Below, piece after piece: positions 14,397-26,700 of a stretch of DNA of 64,000 bases. The first letter of the stretch is position 1. Each line of letters starts with the position of its first letter. The position numbers and the translations under genes were made by a program. The notes under the pieces are model-generated. The model was not told the DNA's origin and did not search any database. It was given only the letters and a program-made list of their open reading frames with translations. Origin of the DNA: Paraspadella gotoi (Eukaryota > Animalia > Chaetognatha); NCBI GenBank assembly GCA_051294375.1, contig CM119263.1, positions 21,808,494 to 21,872,493 of the forward strand. Reading direction: 5' to 3'.

Positions 14397-16544
14397 TTCC
14401 CTTCTTAAACCATTGCACGAAAATAAACAAACAAACAACGAACCCGATAAAAAAGCGAGGAGCAAGTGACGATCTCGCTTCCTTTTCTCTTTCCCAGTTT
14501 CGTCGCCTTTAACGATGTCGTTTTGACTCGAAAAAACGACGCGTCAATCTCTCGTGAATGGGCACGAGAAGAAGAAAAGAACAACCTAACTTACCTGAGA
14601 AAAAAATGGAAGTTTCCTTTAACGGAACAAAAAACGAACCTGCCCCCTTTTTTTCCGGTTTCTTCCACGCGAGCGAGCAGTGAAACAATCACGTAGCAAA
14701 GATCAAAAAATGTCATAATCACCAGTCAACATGTTTTAATTCTGTTATTTTTTCGCTTTATTTATATTATCAGAAAACTTTTTTTTGGGGTTGCAGTATT
14801 AATTCATTTTCCCGATTTTGATAGAAGGTTATTTTTTATGATAAATCTCTAACATTAATAACATTCTTCAGTAAACTATCTCCGCAACTCAACTCGTATT
14901 ATTCCATGATTCCCACCGGCCAATTTCGGTCTAACAATCCCACGCAGTAATCCAATCTTCCCATAAAACAATCGTTTTAACTTCACCTCGAGATTCTCTC
15001 TGTTTATGCTGAGTAATAATCGCCAACCATTTGTTCCGCATAAACAATAAAACGCGAATCTGGTTAGAAGAACCTTCTCTTACCTTCGGCCCCTCTTTCC
15101 CTTATTTTTCGCTGCACCTCTTCTTTATTATTAATTTTTTCTATTCCCTTCCCTTTCTTTATTATTTTCCTATTCTCTTTTCTCTATTTCACTTCCTTAC
15201 CCTCAGTATTCCTCTCTCTCTCCCCTTCCTTTGCCACCTCACTTCCATATTATTCCCTTCCCTTACCTTTCCTGCCATTCTCTTTCTTTTCCTTCCTTTA
15301 CTTTACTTTACTTTACTTTACTTTACTTTACCTTCCCTTCCCTTCCCTTCCCTTCCCTTCTCCAACCTTAACTCTCCTTTGCCTCTTTTTTCTTCTCTCC
15401 TTTCTTGTTTCCCTTTCTCCCCACCCCAACTCCCTCTGCCCAACTCTTTTCTCCCCTTCTCCAATTTCTCCCCTTCCCGATCTCCCCTTAAACCTCCCCC
15501 CTTTTTCTCTCCCTTCCTCTCCCCTTTATCTTCCCCACCCTCTCCCTACCCCCATCATTTACGCCATTAGCGAACGCGGAAATTCGGAACTCCATCTCTC
15601 TCGTAAATTTCGCGTCCTCCTCCTATTTTTCTCCTCTTTTCGTTTTAAACCGTTTTCACTGTTTTTATGGTTTTTATCGTTTTTACCGTCTTTACCACTT
15701 TTCATCTCCACTCAAACCGAATTCCGGATAAGAGAGACCGACGGGTGAGCTATTAAACTTTCGACACAAAAAGTTATCGGATTTAGGCGCTCGGGATTCA
15801 TTCGTTAGTATCTATTGCCACATTTTTCATATCGCCCAGTCTTTAGCGAAAAATTTGTTACTATTACTACGCCTATATATAGCACTTTTTTTATATTTCC
15901 TTTTGTTTATCTATGATAAATGTTATCGTTAAGCGAGAAAAATTGTTGAAGCTTTCAGTGATAATCATTATACATTTTATAGTCTAGAGACTAATAGATT
16001 AAGCCCAATTTTATAAGATTCAGATCAATTTTATCGGAAAATCAGTTTTTGTACGCAGAATCAAACTTTAGATTTAATTTCACTGTTTAACGCATTCTTA
16101 ATTCCGATTTCGACTGCACTCTAATGGAAAAGCGTCCGTGCATCGGTAAAACCCGTGTCAGCTTAGGATCAGTTTCGTCTCATATTTAAATTTTATTCGT
16201 AATTTCGGTACTTCGTAAATGATTGCTAATTGTCAACTTTTTCATTTACATACGATACATGTAAAAATCTTTAAACTCTTAAAAAACGTTAGCGATAATT
16301 TCAAAGACGCCCCTTGTTAATCAAACTCCGAAATCCCAACCCCAAGGCCTCCCCTACATCCTCCAGCCCGACTTTCGATCCCACCCTCCACTAATCTCCT
16401 CACACCCTGCCCGACCCTTACCCAAAAAATCACCACCTCACCTGCGTCTGTTTTCTTCTTACTCCAAGCGGTCGCGGCGGCGCCAACCGTCGCCGCCAGC
16501 GTCAACAGAACGGGAAGTGACGTCATCCAATATTTGACGCTCAT
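9779..16544 (-). CDS. Secreted protein of unknown family (signal peptide, Thr-rich linker, coiled coil), 3' end not found
   Basis: Exons 16442-16544 (MSVKYWMTSLPVLLTLAATVGAAATA..., signal peptide), 14595-14616 (microexon), 13883-14045 (TATTPPTTETTTRTTT), 12749-12857, 12505-12608 and 9779-9932 (EMAEMQGRLLKASNKIEEQIDRRMADL). All are GT-AG and the phases chain 1-2-0-1-0-1 without stops. Confidence 0.72.
9880..12625 (+). repeat. Direct duplication of 1-3530
   Basis: Near-identical apart from homopolymer indels, a noisy stretch, and ~0.9 kb extra in copy 1 (about 1680-2628). Confidence 0.9.
13561..13647. repeat. (AG)n microsatellite, one of many (also 13147, 14283, 29098, 30167, 31173, 32586, 36207, 39669, 59095, 61173)
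   Basis: Direct reading. Confidence 0.95.
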
Positions 16545-19500
16545 CGGCCGAGAAAAAAAACCGGAAACATTCGTCGGCGTCGTCCGGGGGGCCGATTTTC
16601 CGGCGGTCGTGTGTCGAGCGAGGAGAAAGAAAGCGGAGGGACTGGGAGGAAGAGGAGGAAGAGGAGAGGAAGAAGAAGAGAAAATATTTTACTGGATTTC
16701 TCCGCTTTGATTTTCATGTTCCGACTGGGGTTGGTTTAGCTGGGGGCGTGGTTGAAGGAAGAGAGTAGCAATGTCGGCAGAAACCGGCGGCGTCGGCAAA
16801 TTGCAGCCGGCGTCGGCGGAATTCAGCGGCGTCTATTCGTCGGCGACAGAGGAAAAGAGCGAAGGGAATGTTTTTCTTTTTTCTTTATCTTTTTTTTTAC
16901 AGATTTCGTTTTTGATTTGCGTCGCATCTGGAAAAAAAACATTATTTCATGGGAGGATGAAAAAAAGATATAAAAACGAATAAAGTTTGTAAAAAATAAT
17001 GAAAAAAGAAATAAACGAAATAATTATTGAAGGAGTTTACGTGAAGGAAAGGATGGTAGTAGAAGGAATAAACGTTAATAGCTTTTTGTAAAAAAAAAAA
17101 AAAAAAAAAAAACTATCGGAAAAGTGGAAATGAGTTTTGTTAGAAAAAAAGCAGAAATGAAATGTTTTTTTATGAGCGGGAAAATAGTTGATGGAGGCAG
17201 TGAAAATGGAAAGCAATGGTGAATGAGGGAAGATAAGGAAATGAAGGGAGGAATCAAGTAATGGAGGAAGTAATTTTAAAGACATTCGAATACAAAAGAG
17301 AAGAGAGAGGGAGAAAGAAAAAAAGAGGAATGAGAAGAAGAAAGAAGAGTTAAGCGTTGAAGGGAGGATATTGTAGGAGGAGGGAGAAAAATAGAAAATG
17401 GGTAGAATATATAGATTGAGAGGAAAGATGAGAGAAGAGATAAAAAGAGAGAGAGATTCAGTTGATTTGATTTTTATGCTAAAAATGTGAAAGTTTAACG
17501 CAGTAAACAATACAATTGTTAATGAGCTCGGTCGTATAATTATTAGACCTCCCCAGTATCAAAAATTGGCTCTCCCAAGTCTCTCACTCGGTCGGTTTCC
17601 CGTTATTTATCAATATTAAATAAGTTTTAACTCAAATCTGAAAAAAAAATGTGACCGGCGTATCAACCCAATGAAGCGTCAAAGTCAATTAGCGCAATCC
17701 TCGTGTTGTAAATTTTTTTTTTCTAAAAAAAAATCTCATAATTTTTCCTTATTGTAATTTTTTTATTAAATATATTTGCTACCATGATTTAAAACTAAAT
17801 TAATTATTTAAAAAGTATATTTTTTAAAAACAGGGCATCTGTATAAACCGGAAGTAAGGTAAAATAAACCGGAGGTAAAGGAAAAATAACCGGAAGTAGT
17901 ATTAAAATAACCTTTTCTTAGAAAAGGTATAGTTTTAGACCAAGGCAATTAAAAGAACTAAAACTTAACATTTGAAGAGCTTACGCTACAATACAGAGAG
18001 TAGGAGATACAGTACAGTATATATATATACTTATATATATAATACATATAAATAAAAGTATAATATATAAAATATATATAAGTGTAAGATATAACATAGA
18101 ATTATGTTTAGAGAAAACAAAGTTTTTATTGTTTACAAAACACAATTTTTTTGTTTAAAAAATGGACATGGTTAAAAAAAAAAAAAATAGGCCTCTTGGT
18201 TTTTATTATTAAATTCGTATATTGCCGCTTAGGAAGTATCTGATTAAGTATTTTAAATGTAGATCGCGGTCTTGGTCAGTCCTTTTTCACTGTTCTTACC
18301 CAAGTTATAAAAGAGACGTACTTACCTAAAGCTGTGAGGATAAGATTACCAATTGATCCTCATGACCAGTTAGTAAAAATTTAAAATGTTATATTTTCAA
18401 TTTATGATTAAGTTTAAAGTTGACTATTTTTTAATAAGTTTCTCTTTTTATGTTGAAAATAACTTGCTACATGATTCACGCCTCACGCCCATTTTAATAC
18501 TACTACTACAATAAATATTACTAAATTGATATTCTTCAAATTTCTATAAAGAAATAGCAAAGCAGAAAAATACTAGCTCGTTCACGCGGCGTTACGGTAA
18601 AATCCTCAATAGACATGTTTCAACTCTGTGGTTGCAAGAGAGAGAGAGAGAGAGAAAGAGAGATAATGGTTGTCAACAAAGAACTAAGAAAATAAAGTAA
18701 AGTTTTTGAAAGCAAAAATGGTGAAAATGAAAATTATCAAATTGTGAATAGTTTGAGTTGCCTCACTTTCTGATTGAATTTTAAAAATGACGACAAAGGA
18801 GGATTCAAAAAATGTTTATTACTGTTTAAAATAGCCACAAGGGAGTAAAAGCATTTGATTTGTGTTTGTAACAAGCGCAAAATAAAACAAAATCTTGGTT
18901 AAAAATAGAACGGTCCTAAAACCATTCAAAGTTGGAGAGAACTGCCAGACCAGTGATATCGAGTTGATGCTGTTGTGGATCAGGAGATAAATCCTTTGGG
19001 GATAATGCTTAATACTACTCAAATGTCCATTGAGCCCGCTGCACCTGTCGAGAGCCTCTTCTCACCTGACAGTAAGGTGAGCAGTCATCCGTTATTGCTT
19101 CTTTTGCAACAGGAGTGACGGACTCCCCTTCCTCTATCCAAAGTATTCTTTATGAGGGATGCCCGGTTCGTGGAGAGACGAACTAAGTTGCTTCAGTAGG
19201 GTTGACCTTATTTGCTGTCCCTTAACTCTGTCTCTCTTCTACTTATCCCCAATCCACTCTCCATTCTCTGTTCTTTGTTAAAAACCTTTATCTCTCTCTA
19301 GCTCTACTCAAATAAAGACAGCTTTTCAGTAATATGTCAATTTAAACTTAATTCCCATTATTTTTAATTATTATTTCATTTTTTTTAATTATTATTATTA
19401 CCATTAGTAGAATTATATTATATAGTTATTTTGATTATTATTTGTAATTCAATTATTTTTAATATTATTTTTTAAAGAAAAAAAATTAGAATGATGGAGT

Positions 19501-20560
19501 GTTTAAGTTCGTCTTTTTGATCAAGCGAAAAAACTAAAATTTTTAAAATCATTAAGAATTAATATTGTATTTCAGTTTAATTTGCTCTTTATCTAGCAAA
19601 AAAGGTTAGGAAAAAAAATGTGTGGCATTTCTATAAATTTCCTATACAAGGTAAATTTTTTTTAAAACTGAGGTAAAAAATATTACCTATAATTTTGAAT
19701 TGATGAGAGTATGACTAAGCTTGCCCAAAACTCAGTTGCCCATTGCCTTGAAAAAAACAGAAGATAAAAAAAATAAAATATAATAAAAAATCTAACTTTT
19801 TGTTACATTTAAAATTAATTTCATTATAAATTGGAACTATAAAAACCATATAGCTGAAAAACTTACTTCCGGTTAAGGCCACGCCCCATAATAACAAATT
19901 AAATTTTATAAATATCATAAAATATAGGAGAAGAAGCCTATACTGGTATTTTTTAACTAATATTGGTAAAAAATCCTTATGTTATAGCATATTAAACCTC
20001 TTTCTTTAAAAATTATTATCATTTTGCGCTATATTTTTTTTTGCATCAATACTTGTTTACTTTGACGCTCGATTGGGTTTATTAAGCAACAACATTTTTT
20101 GCTTAAACAGAGGCTTTTAAAATGAATTTAAGTTAAGAAATAATGGAAAACCGGACCGAGTGAGAACTTTGTAGGGTTTTTTTGAGGCCTGGGGAACTCT
20201 ACTGTACATATATATGTATGTACCATTATTTAAGAAATGTAAAATAAAAAGAATAAGAGAAAGAATAAGGGAAAAGAGCAAAGAGAGGAAAGAGGTAGGA
20301 GGAAAGGAAAAAAATGAGGAGGAAACCATCGGGAATCAGATTTATAACGAGCTGGAAATATTGGACCGAAAGGGTAAACAGGCAGAAACGATTTTTTTTT
20401 GAAACAAGAAAGAAAAAAAGTTTACAAATGTCGGAACCGTTGGAAGGGATTACACGAGAAGAGAGAAAAAGAGAGAATGGGGGAGAGAGAGGGGGGGAGG
20501 GAGAGAGAGGGAGAAAGTGAGAGGCCAATATAAAGAGAAAATGCAGATTCGAAACAGAAA

Positions 20561-21190
20561 CAAGTTTGAGCAAACAATGTCGGATCTGCCCACGATCATT
20601 ATCGGTAATTAATTAATTAATAATTAATTAATTAATTCAAGTTAATTACTTAATTAATAATTAATCAAATTCAAGTTAATTAATTAGGTAATTTAATTAA
20701 TTAATTTGATCCGAAATGTTTGTATTGATTAGTAATTGACTGATTAATTATTTATTGATTAATTAATTGACTAATTGATTAATTAACTGATTAATTATTT
20801 GATTAATTAATACATCTTGCATTTACATTATAATATAAAAAGAAAGAAGCATAATCAATTAGTGAAACAGGTTTTTTTCTTTTTTTTCCATTTAAACTCA
20901 TTTCCACTCGATTCCATCGAAACTTAATTTCCAGCCTAATCGCACACTTTCCTACCCACATACAAAATTTCAGGTCAAGCACCCCATCCACTCATGAGTA
21001 ATTGGCGTTCAAATATTGAAATATATTTTTTTGTTTTTTCCATTTAAACTCATTTCCACTCGGACGATTCCATCGAAACTTCATATCCAGCTCAATCAGA
21101 CACTTCCCTACCCACACACAAAATTTCATTCCAATCCATCCCTCCAATCACGAGTAATTGGACTTTTTTGCTAAGCTGGGAAGGACGGAC
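20561..21190 (+). mobile_element. Non-autonomous DINE-1/Helentron-like element, copy A
   Basis: Reverse complement of 24168-24731. Internal (TAAT)n tract, tandem ~170-bp subrepeats containing CAAAATTTCA, and a GGAC-type microsatellite at the end. Confidence 0.55.
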
Positions 21191-22599
21191 ATAATTTATG
21201 ATAATTCGATATTCTGACATGATATATATGGTTGCCCGACAATATTGAGGGGGCGGACCGACGGACCGACAAAGTGAATTATAGAGTTGCAATCTGCTTA
21301 TAAGCAGATCCGACTAATAAATTGGACGTCTCTAACTCGCGACGTCAGAGAAAAAAAAAGACGAAGGAAAAGAGTAAAAAAGTTTTTAGATTTAATGCTA
21401 ATGCGGGCGTCTGTAATGGAGGGACTTCTTTTTGGGCGGTACTCGTACTTTACTGCGCCGGTTGGCAATAAGAAAAAACGTTCTCTCTTTTATTTCTGTC
21501 TTTCTTTCTCTTTTTCTCTCTCGCTTTCTCTTTCGTTTTCTTTTTTTATCACTCCCTCCATCCTGCTTTCTCAATTTCCTCCCTTCCTCCAAATTTATCT
21601 ATCTGACAGAAAGCAATTTTGCTATGGGCTGCTTTCTCTTGCAAACTTTTATATAAGTTATAACTCTATTAACTGCGCCGTTGTCAAATTCGTTTTCGGA
21701 TTATTCTTTTTGTTCCCCCCAATTTTTTCTTATTTTTTATTTTTTTCTTCTTTGTTGTTTTTCGTCAAACAATATTTTTTTTATTTTAAAATTTATTTTG
21801 TTTTACAAAAATCGATCAAGAATGAATGAAAGTGGTACAAAAATGTTACTTTAATTTCAAACAAGTTTATACATTCCGTTCTCATCATTCCAATCCCAGT
21901 CCAATCAGATCCGGTCCCCAAACGCCACAACCCGCCGTTATAACTAACCCAATATTTATTCCTCGAGTTTTGTCTCCATCAACTTGACTCAAAACAAAAC
22001 TGATGGACGAGCGAATGGAAGTTCCAAATCCGTTCGGCTTCCAACTTCCCAAACAAAAAACGAATATACAAAAGAGATAAAAACATGTCGGGTTCTTTTT
22101 TTTCTTTTCTTTTTTTTTTGTCTGTATGTGAAAATCTCTAGATTGCGAGATGTTTTCTGACTTTACTTTTTTATTATCATTTTTTCTTCTTCCTATTTTA
22201 TTTTTTTCTTCATTTATTATATTTATTTTTCATGAATTTTTAATATTTATCTATTCTTATCCAAAAAACAAATTTAATCTGTGATACTTTTGTTTTTTCT
22301 TTTCCAAATTTCAAAACTAAACAGAGCGAATGGTCTTTCTTTTCTTATCACGTCACTGTCATCTTTGTTCTTCCGTGAATTTGCGATAAAATTCAAGTTC
22401 ATACGAATGAAAGAAAACTCACCGAAACAAAAAAACAAAACAAAAAACAACAAAAAAAAACAACAAAAAAAAAAAAAAAATCGCGCGTCGATGTATTTTT
22501 TATTTATTCATAGAGAAAAACTGTCGCTTCAAATGATTTTTTTTCTTCTTTTTTTCTTTTTTTTTTCTTTTGTTTCTTTCTTTCGCTTCTTCCGCGTAA

Positions 22600-22870
22600 A
22601 TCAAACCGTTTATTCGCGCGTGAAAATTCTACGCGCCATAATTCCCGCGCGTATTTCCTTCCTTCCGCGGCTTTTTCCTTGTTTTTTTTTTCTTCTTTTC
22701 GCCGTCAAAGGCGCGCGACGCGCGAACCGGAAGTGGGCGAGACGAAGCGACGCGAGAGGGAGAGCGAGACGACGAGAGAGAGAGAATCGCACGTAGGAAT
22801 TCGCGTATTGGATTCGCGCGTGAGAGGACGCGGAGGGTCGCCACGCGCCGAACGGCGAAAGGCGATATCT
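22600..22870. promoter_or_regulatory. CpG-rich promoter-like patch with ETS motif CCGGAAGTG
   Basis: Dense CGCG words and CCGGAAGTG at 22727-22735 within otherwise very AT-rich DNA. Confidence 0.35.
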
Positions 22871-23708
22871 AGAGTCCACACTCGATATTCCGAGAGTGGA
22901 TGCGGTAGAAAGTGGACGCTGTAGAGTGTATGTGAAAGGTTGTATTCCGTTGACAGTGGAAGATGGGAGAAATTCAGAGCTTTGAAAGGATCTCTTTGTA
23001 GAAGGGTTTGGCATAGATTATGAATGAGTATTGAGCGGCCGAACTTATCACTTGACTATTCTAGAAAATCAGCTTTTTGGGCCATCCAACAAAACATAAA
23101 TTTTATTTGAGTGAACAAACAAGGATATTTAGACGTGAGATAGTTATAGTATGATTAAGGAATACAAAAAATATTTTGCTTATATTGTTTAGGGAATAGT
23201 ATCATTAATTATAATATATTTATAGTAATATCGTTATAAAATCATAAATTTTCAAAATAATTTTTTTAAAATTTTTATTAAAGATTCTGATTTTTCAAAA
23301 AAAGTTCGATCAAAAATATAAAATATGTTATTCAAAATTTCAATGTCTTCAGCGTCAAAAATGGGAAAAAAGTCAAATTCTCCACTTTTTTACGCTTTGT
23401 AGTAGAAACTATTATATAATGAAACGTTTTGGTCATTTTTCGCAGCTTTAACCTAAAAACAAATTTTACAAAGGTTTTTCAGTTTTTTTCGGCGAATCCG
23501 AAACTGTTCCTTAAAAATATATTATTATTTATTTATGATTTTATAAGGATATTACTATAAAAAATTCAATTATGATACTGTTATGCAAATTTTTTTTGAA
23601 AAAGGGCTTATTTTTTATTACATATACAAAGGTAAAAAAAAAAAGATCCATCGCTCAATCTTTTCATCACTCCGCCCTAATATATACAGTACCAAAAATA
23701 CCACCCAT

Positions 23709-26700
23709 TCAATCAAAGAGGCAACAAAAAATTTCTCTGACGATATCCGGAAACTGCGTGATGTTCTCGAACCCGTCGGTCTTGGACACGCTGCGCCCAT
23801 TCTGCTTGATAAGGGCCAAGCAGTCCGCCTTTAAGTCAGCGCAACCGTGGAGATGAGCCAAGCGGAGGAACAAACAGGCGTTGTCCGTGTCCAAGTTGTC
23901 CTTCATGACGTCGACGCAGAGGCGCTTGAGGTCGGCGAGGCCCATCTCGTCGGCTTTGGGGAGGACGGAAGGGGCGTGGCTCTCTCCCTCCAAGTTGACG
24001 CTGCCGGTGTAGAGGAATTTGAGGATCACCTTTATTTTTTGGGTTGGGGGGGGAGGCGGAAACTATACTTTTTTATAATCAAGTTATTAATCAAATTTTT
24101 GAGAGGCATGATTTTGGTAGTCTTTAGTCGGATCTGCTTTCAGCAGATAAATTATGCAAAATAAAAGATGTCCGTCCGTCCGTCCGTCCATCCGTCCGTC
24201 TCACCTTAGCAAAAAACACCAATTACTCGTGATTGGATGGAAGGATTGGAATGAAATTTTGTGTGTGGGTACTGGGAAGTGTGTGATTGAACTGGATATG
24301 AAGTTTCGATGGAATCGTCCGAGTGGAAATGAGTTTAAATGAAAAAAAAAAATATATATATACTTCACTATTTGAACTCATGAGTGGATAGGGCGATTGA
24401 CTTGAAATTTTGTATTTGGGTAGAACTAGAAATGTGTGTGATTAATTAATAAATAATTAATAATAATTAATTAATCAGTTAATTAATCAATTAGTCAATT
24501 AATTAATCAATAATTAATTAATCAGTCAATTAATCAATCAAAACAAACATTTCGGATCAAATTAATTAATTCATTAATTGCCTAATTAATTAAATAATTA
24601 ACTTGATTAAATTAATTATTAATTAATTAAATAATTAACTTGAATTAATTAATTAATTAATTATTAATTAATTAATTAATTAATTACCGATAATGATCGT
24701 GGGCAGATCCGATATTGTTTGTTCAAACTTGTGAAATTGTAAATTTGTTGTATTTTTTCGGTTTTTCATATCAGAGTTAAATTTTTGTGAAGAATTATGA
24801 GCTGTGCGCTTATGAATATCTTTGCTACTCAGAGGAAGACAGAAGTCATTAAAATGACAAAATTCCTAACAAAAAGTTAACTCTGGTACGAAAAACCAAA
24901 AAAAATACAACAAATTTATAATCAAGTCACTGTCACATTGAAATAAGAAAAAGCAACAGGAAATTAAGAAATGGGATGGGACTGCTAAATTTCAAAACCC
25001 TAATACCACTTCCCCTCGTTACCCCAAATGCCACACTTTCAAATCCTACAACACCGACGTCGTCGGAGAACCCACCTCACTTCCCCTAAAACTCCTTTTT
25101 TCCAAATCCCACCCACCCTACCTCACCTTAAACGCCTCCACATCGACTTCCCCGATCTCCGCCCGACTCGACGAGTCCTCACTCATCCCACTGTCGAACA
25201 TCTTGGCGAAGTAGGTGCTCCTCGCTCTCAGCACGCAGCGATGGGCGCGGAGGGTCTCCCCGTCGACGATCAACTCGACGTCGGCATCGTCTTCCGACTC
25301 CAGCAGCCTTGCCAGGTCGTTCCTCAACGCTTTTGTCGACTCTGTCACCACTTCCTGTTCTTTGTCGGTTCTGTCGCCGGAGAGGCCAAGTTCCACCCGG
25401 ATACGGATTGGGTATTCGTAGGAGACGCCTCCCATCGGGATCTGGTTGAGGGGGTCCAGGGTCATGGGCATTAAGGATAGTAGTGGGTGATGGGGCGGAA
25501 GAAAGAGTGGCAGAAGTGGTGCTGTATTGGTATGGAAAATGCAGAGGTTATGGCAACAGCCGGATTGCCTGTGATGCCAATTGGGATGGGTCTCTGGGGG
25601 CATCCGACCCTCAGTGACGCCTCCTGTCACCTGCGCGGTTACCCGAGGACAGTCTCACTTTGCCTAGGCAGAAGGAAGTAATTAGAACTGCGGATTAGAG
25701 CGTGGTGAAAGTTAAATACGAAAATTCTAAATGTCACTTATGAACAATATAACATAAGTGGACATTTATTTGTAAAAAAAATTTATGTTCTTCAATTTTC
25801 AAAATAGGCTTTTCTTAATTTTGATTACAGATTTGAATTCCTCGTCAAAAGTTAATAAAAGAAAATATAAATCATTTTTAAATAATTTTTCAATAAGTGG
25901 GTTAATAATTTAAAAAACTATATTTAATATATAAAATTTTAATTTTAAGCTTAAAATATAGGTTTTTTTTATATTTGATCAACTTAATGAAAAAATTTTT
26001 AAAAAAGAGTTATATTTCTTTATATCAACTTTTCATAACTTTTCAAATCTGCAAAAAATCTTACAAAAAATAATTTTAACATTTATTAGATTAGTACTAG
26101 TATAAATATAGCCTATTGCGAAAATTGTAAAATTCATTATAAAATTTTTTTATACATAAATGTTTATTAGTATAATGTTGTTCATTCCTCACTTTTAGAA
26201 TTTTAATTAAAGTTAAATTGATAATTTTTACTACGCCTTACTGTGGATTAGGGTGAAGTGAAAGTTTGGAATCAAAATTTAGCAGATATATCTTGAAAAC
26301 TATTATATTAGTGAAAAGTGATCTATAATTATTTTTCTTTTTTGATGTATATTGTAGCCCAGTCAGCTTATTTTGTATATAGTACTACCCTCATATAATG
26401 TCAAAATTTCAAAATAGTTTTTTAAAAATTCTGAGAACAGATTCAGATTCCTCATAAAAAGTTAATATAAGAAAATATAAATCTTTTTTAAAAATTATAT
26501 CATTAATTGTGTTAAAATTTAAAAAAACTATATTCTTATTATAAATATAGCTCACTGGTGCTCACTAACATATAAAATAAAAAAATAAATTTACCAAAAT
26601 ATTTTTATTTTTATATTCTATATGCTAAATTTTAGTTTTATAAAATTTTATTATTCTCACATCGCTTTACTGTGAATAGAATGCAACGCTTGGGATGGTT

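Noticed and set aside
13100-15570. Long ORFs rich in SL/ER/F/P (also near 21.3, 30.7, 36.2, 38.4, 39.6 and 60.9 kb)
   Set aside because: Translations of (AG)n, (CTTT)n and other low-complexity tracts.
18608-18628. Further hammerhead-like fragments (GAGTTGAAACATGTC on the minus strand here; also near 33880-33910 and 47792-47810)
   Set aside because: Only one core box or a broken stem II is present; possibly old relics but not supportable as ribozymes.
19024-19340. Possible solo LTR or SINE (TG start, AATAAA, CA end)
   Set aside because: No second copy, TSD or internal promoter boxes could be verified.
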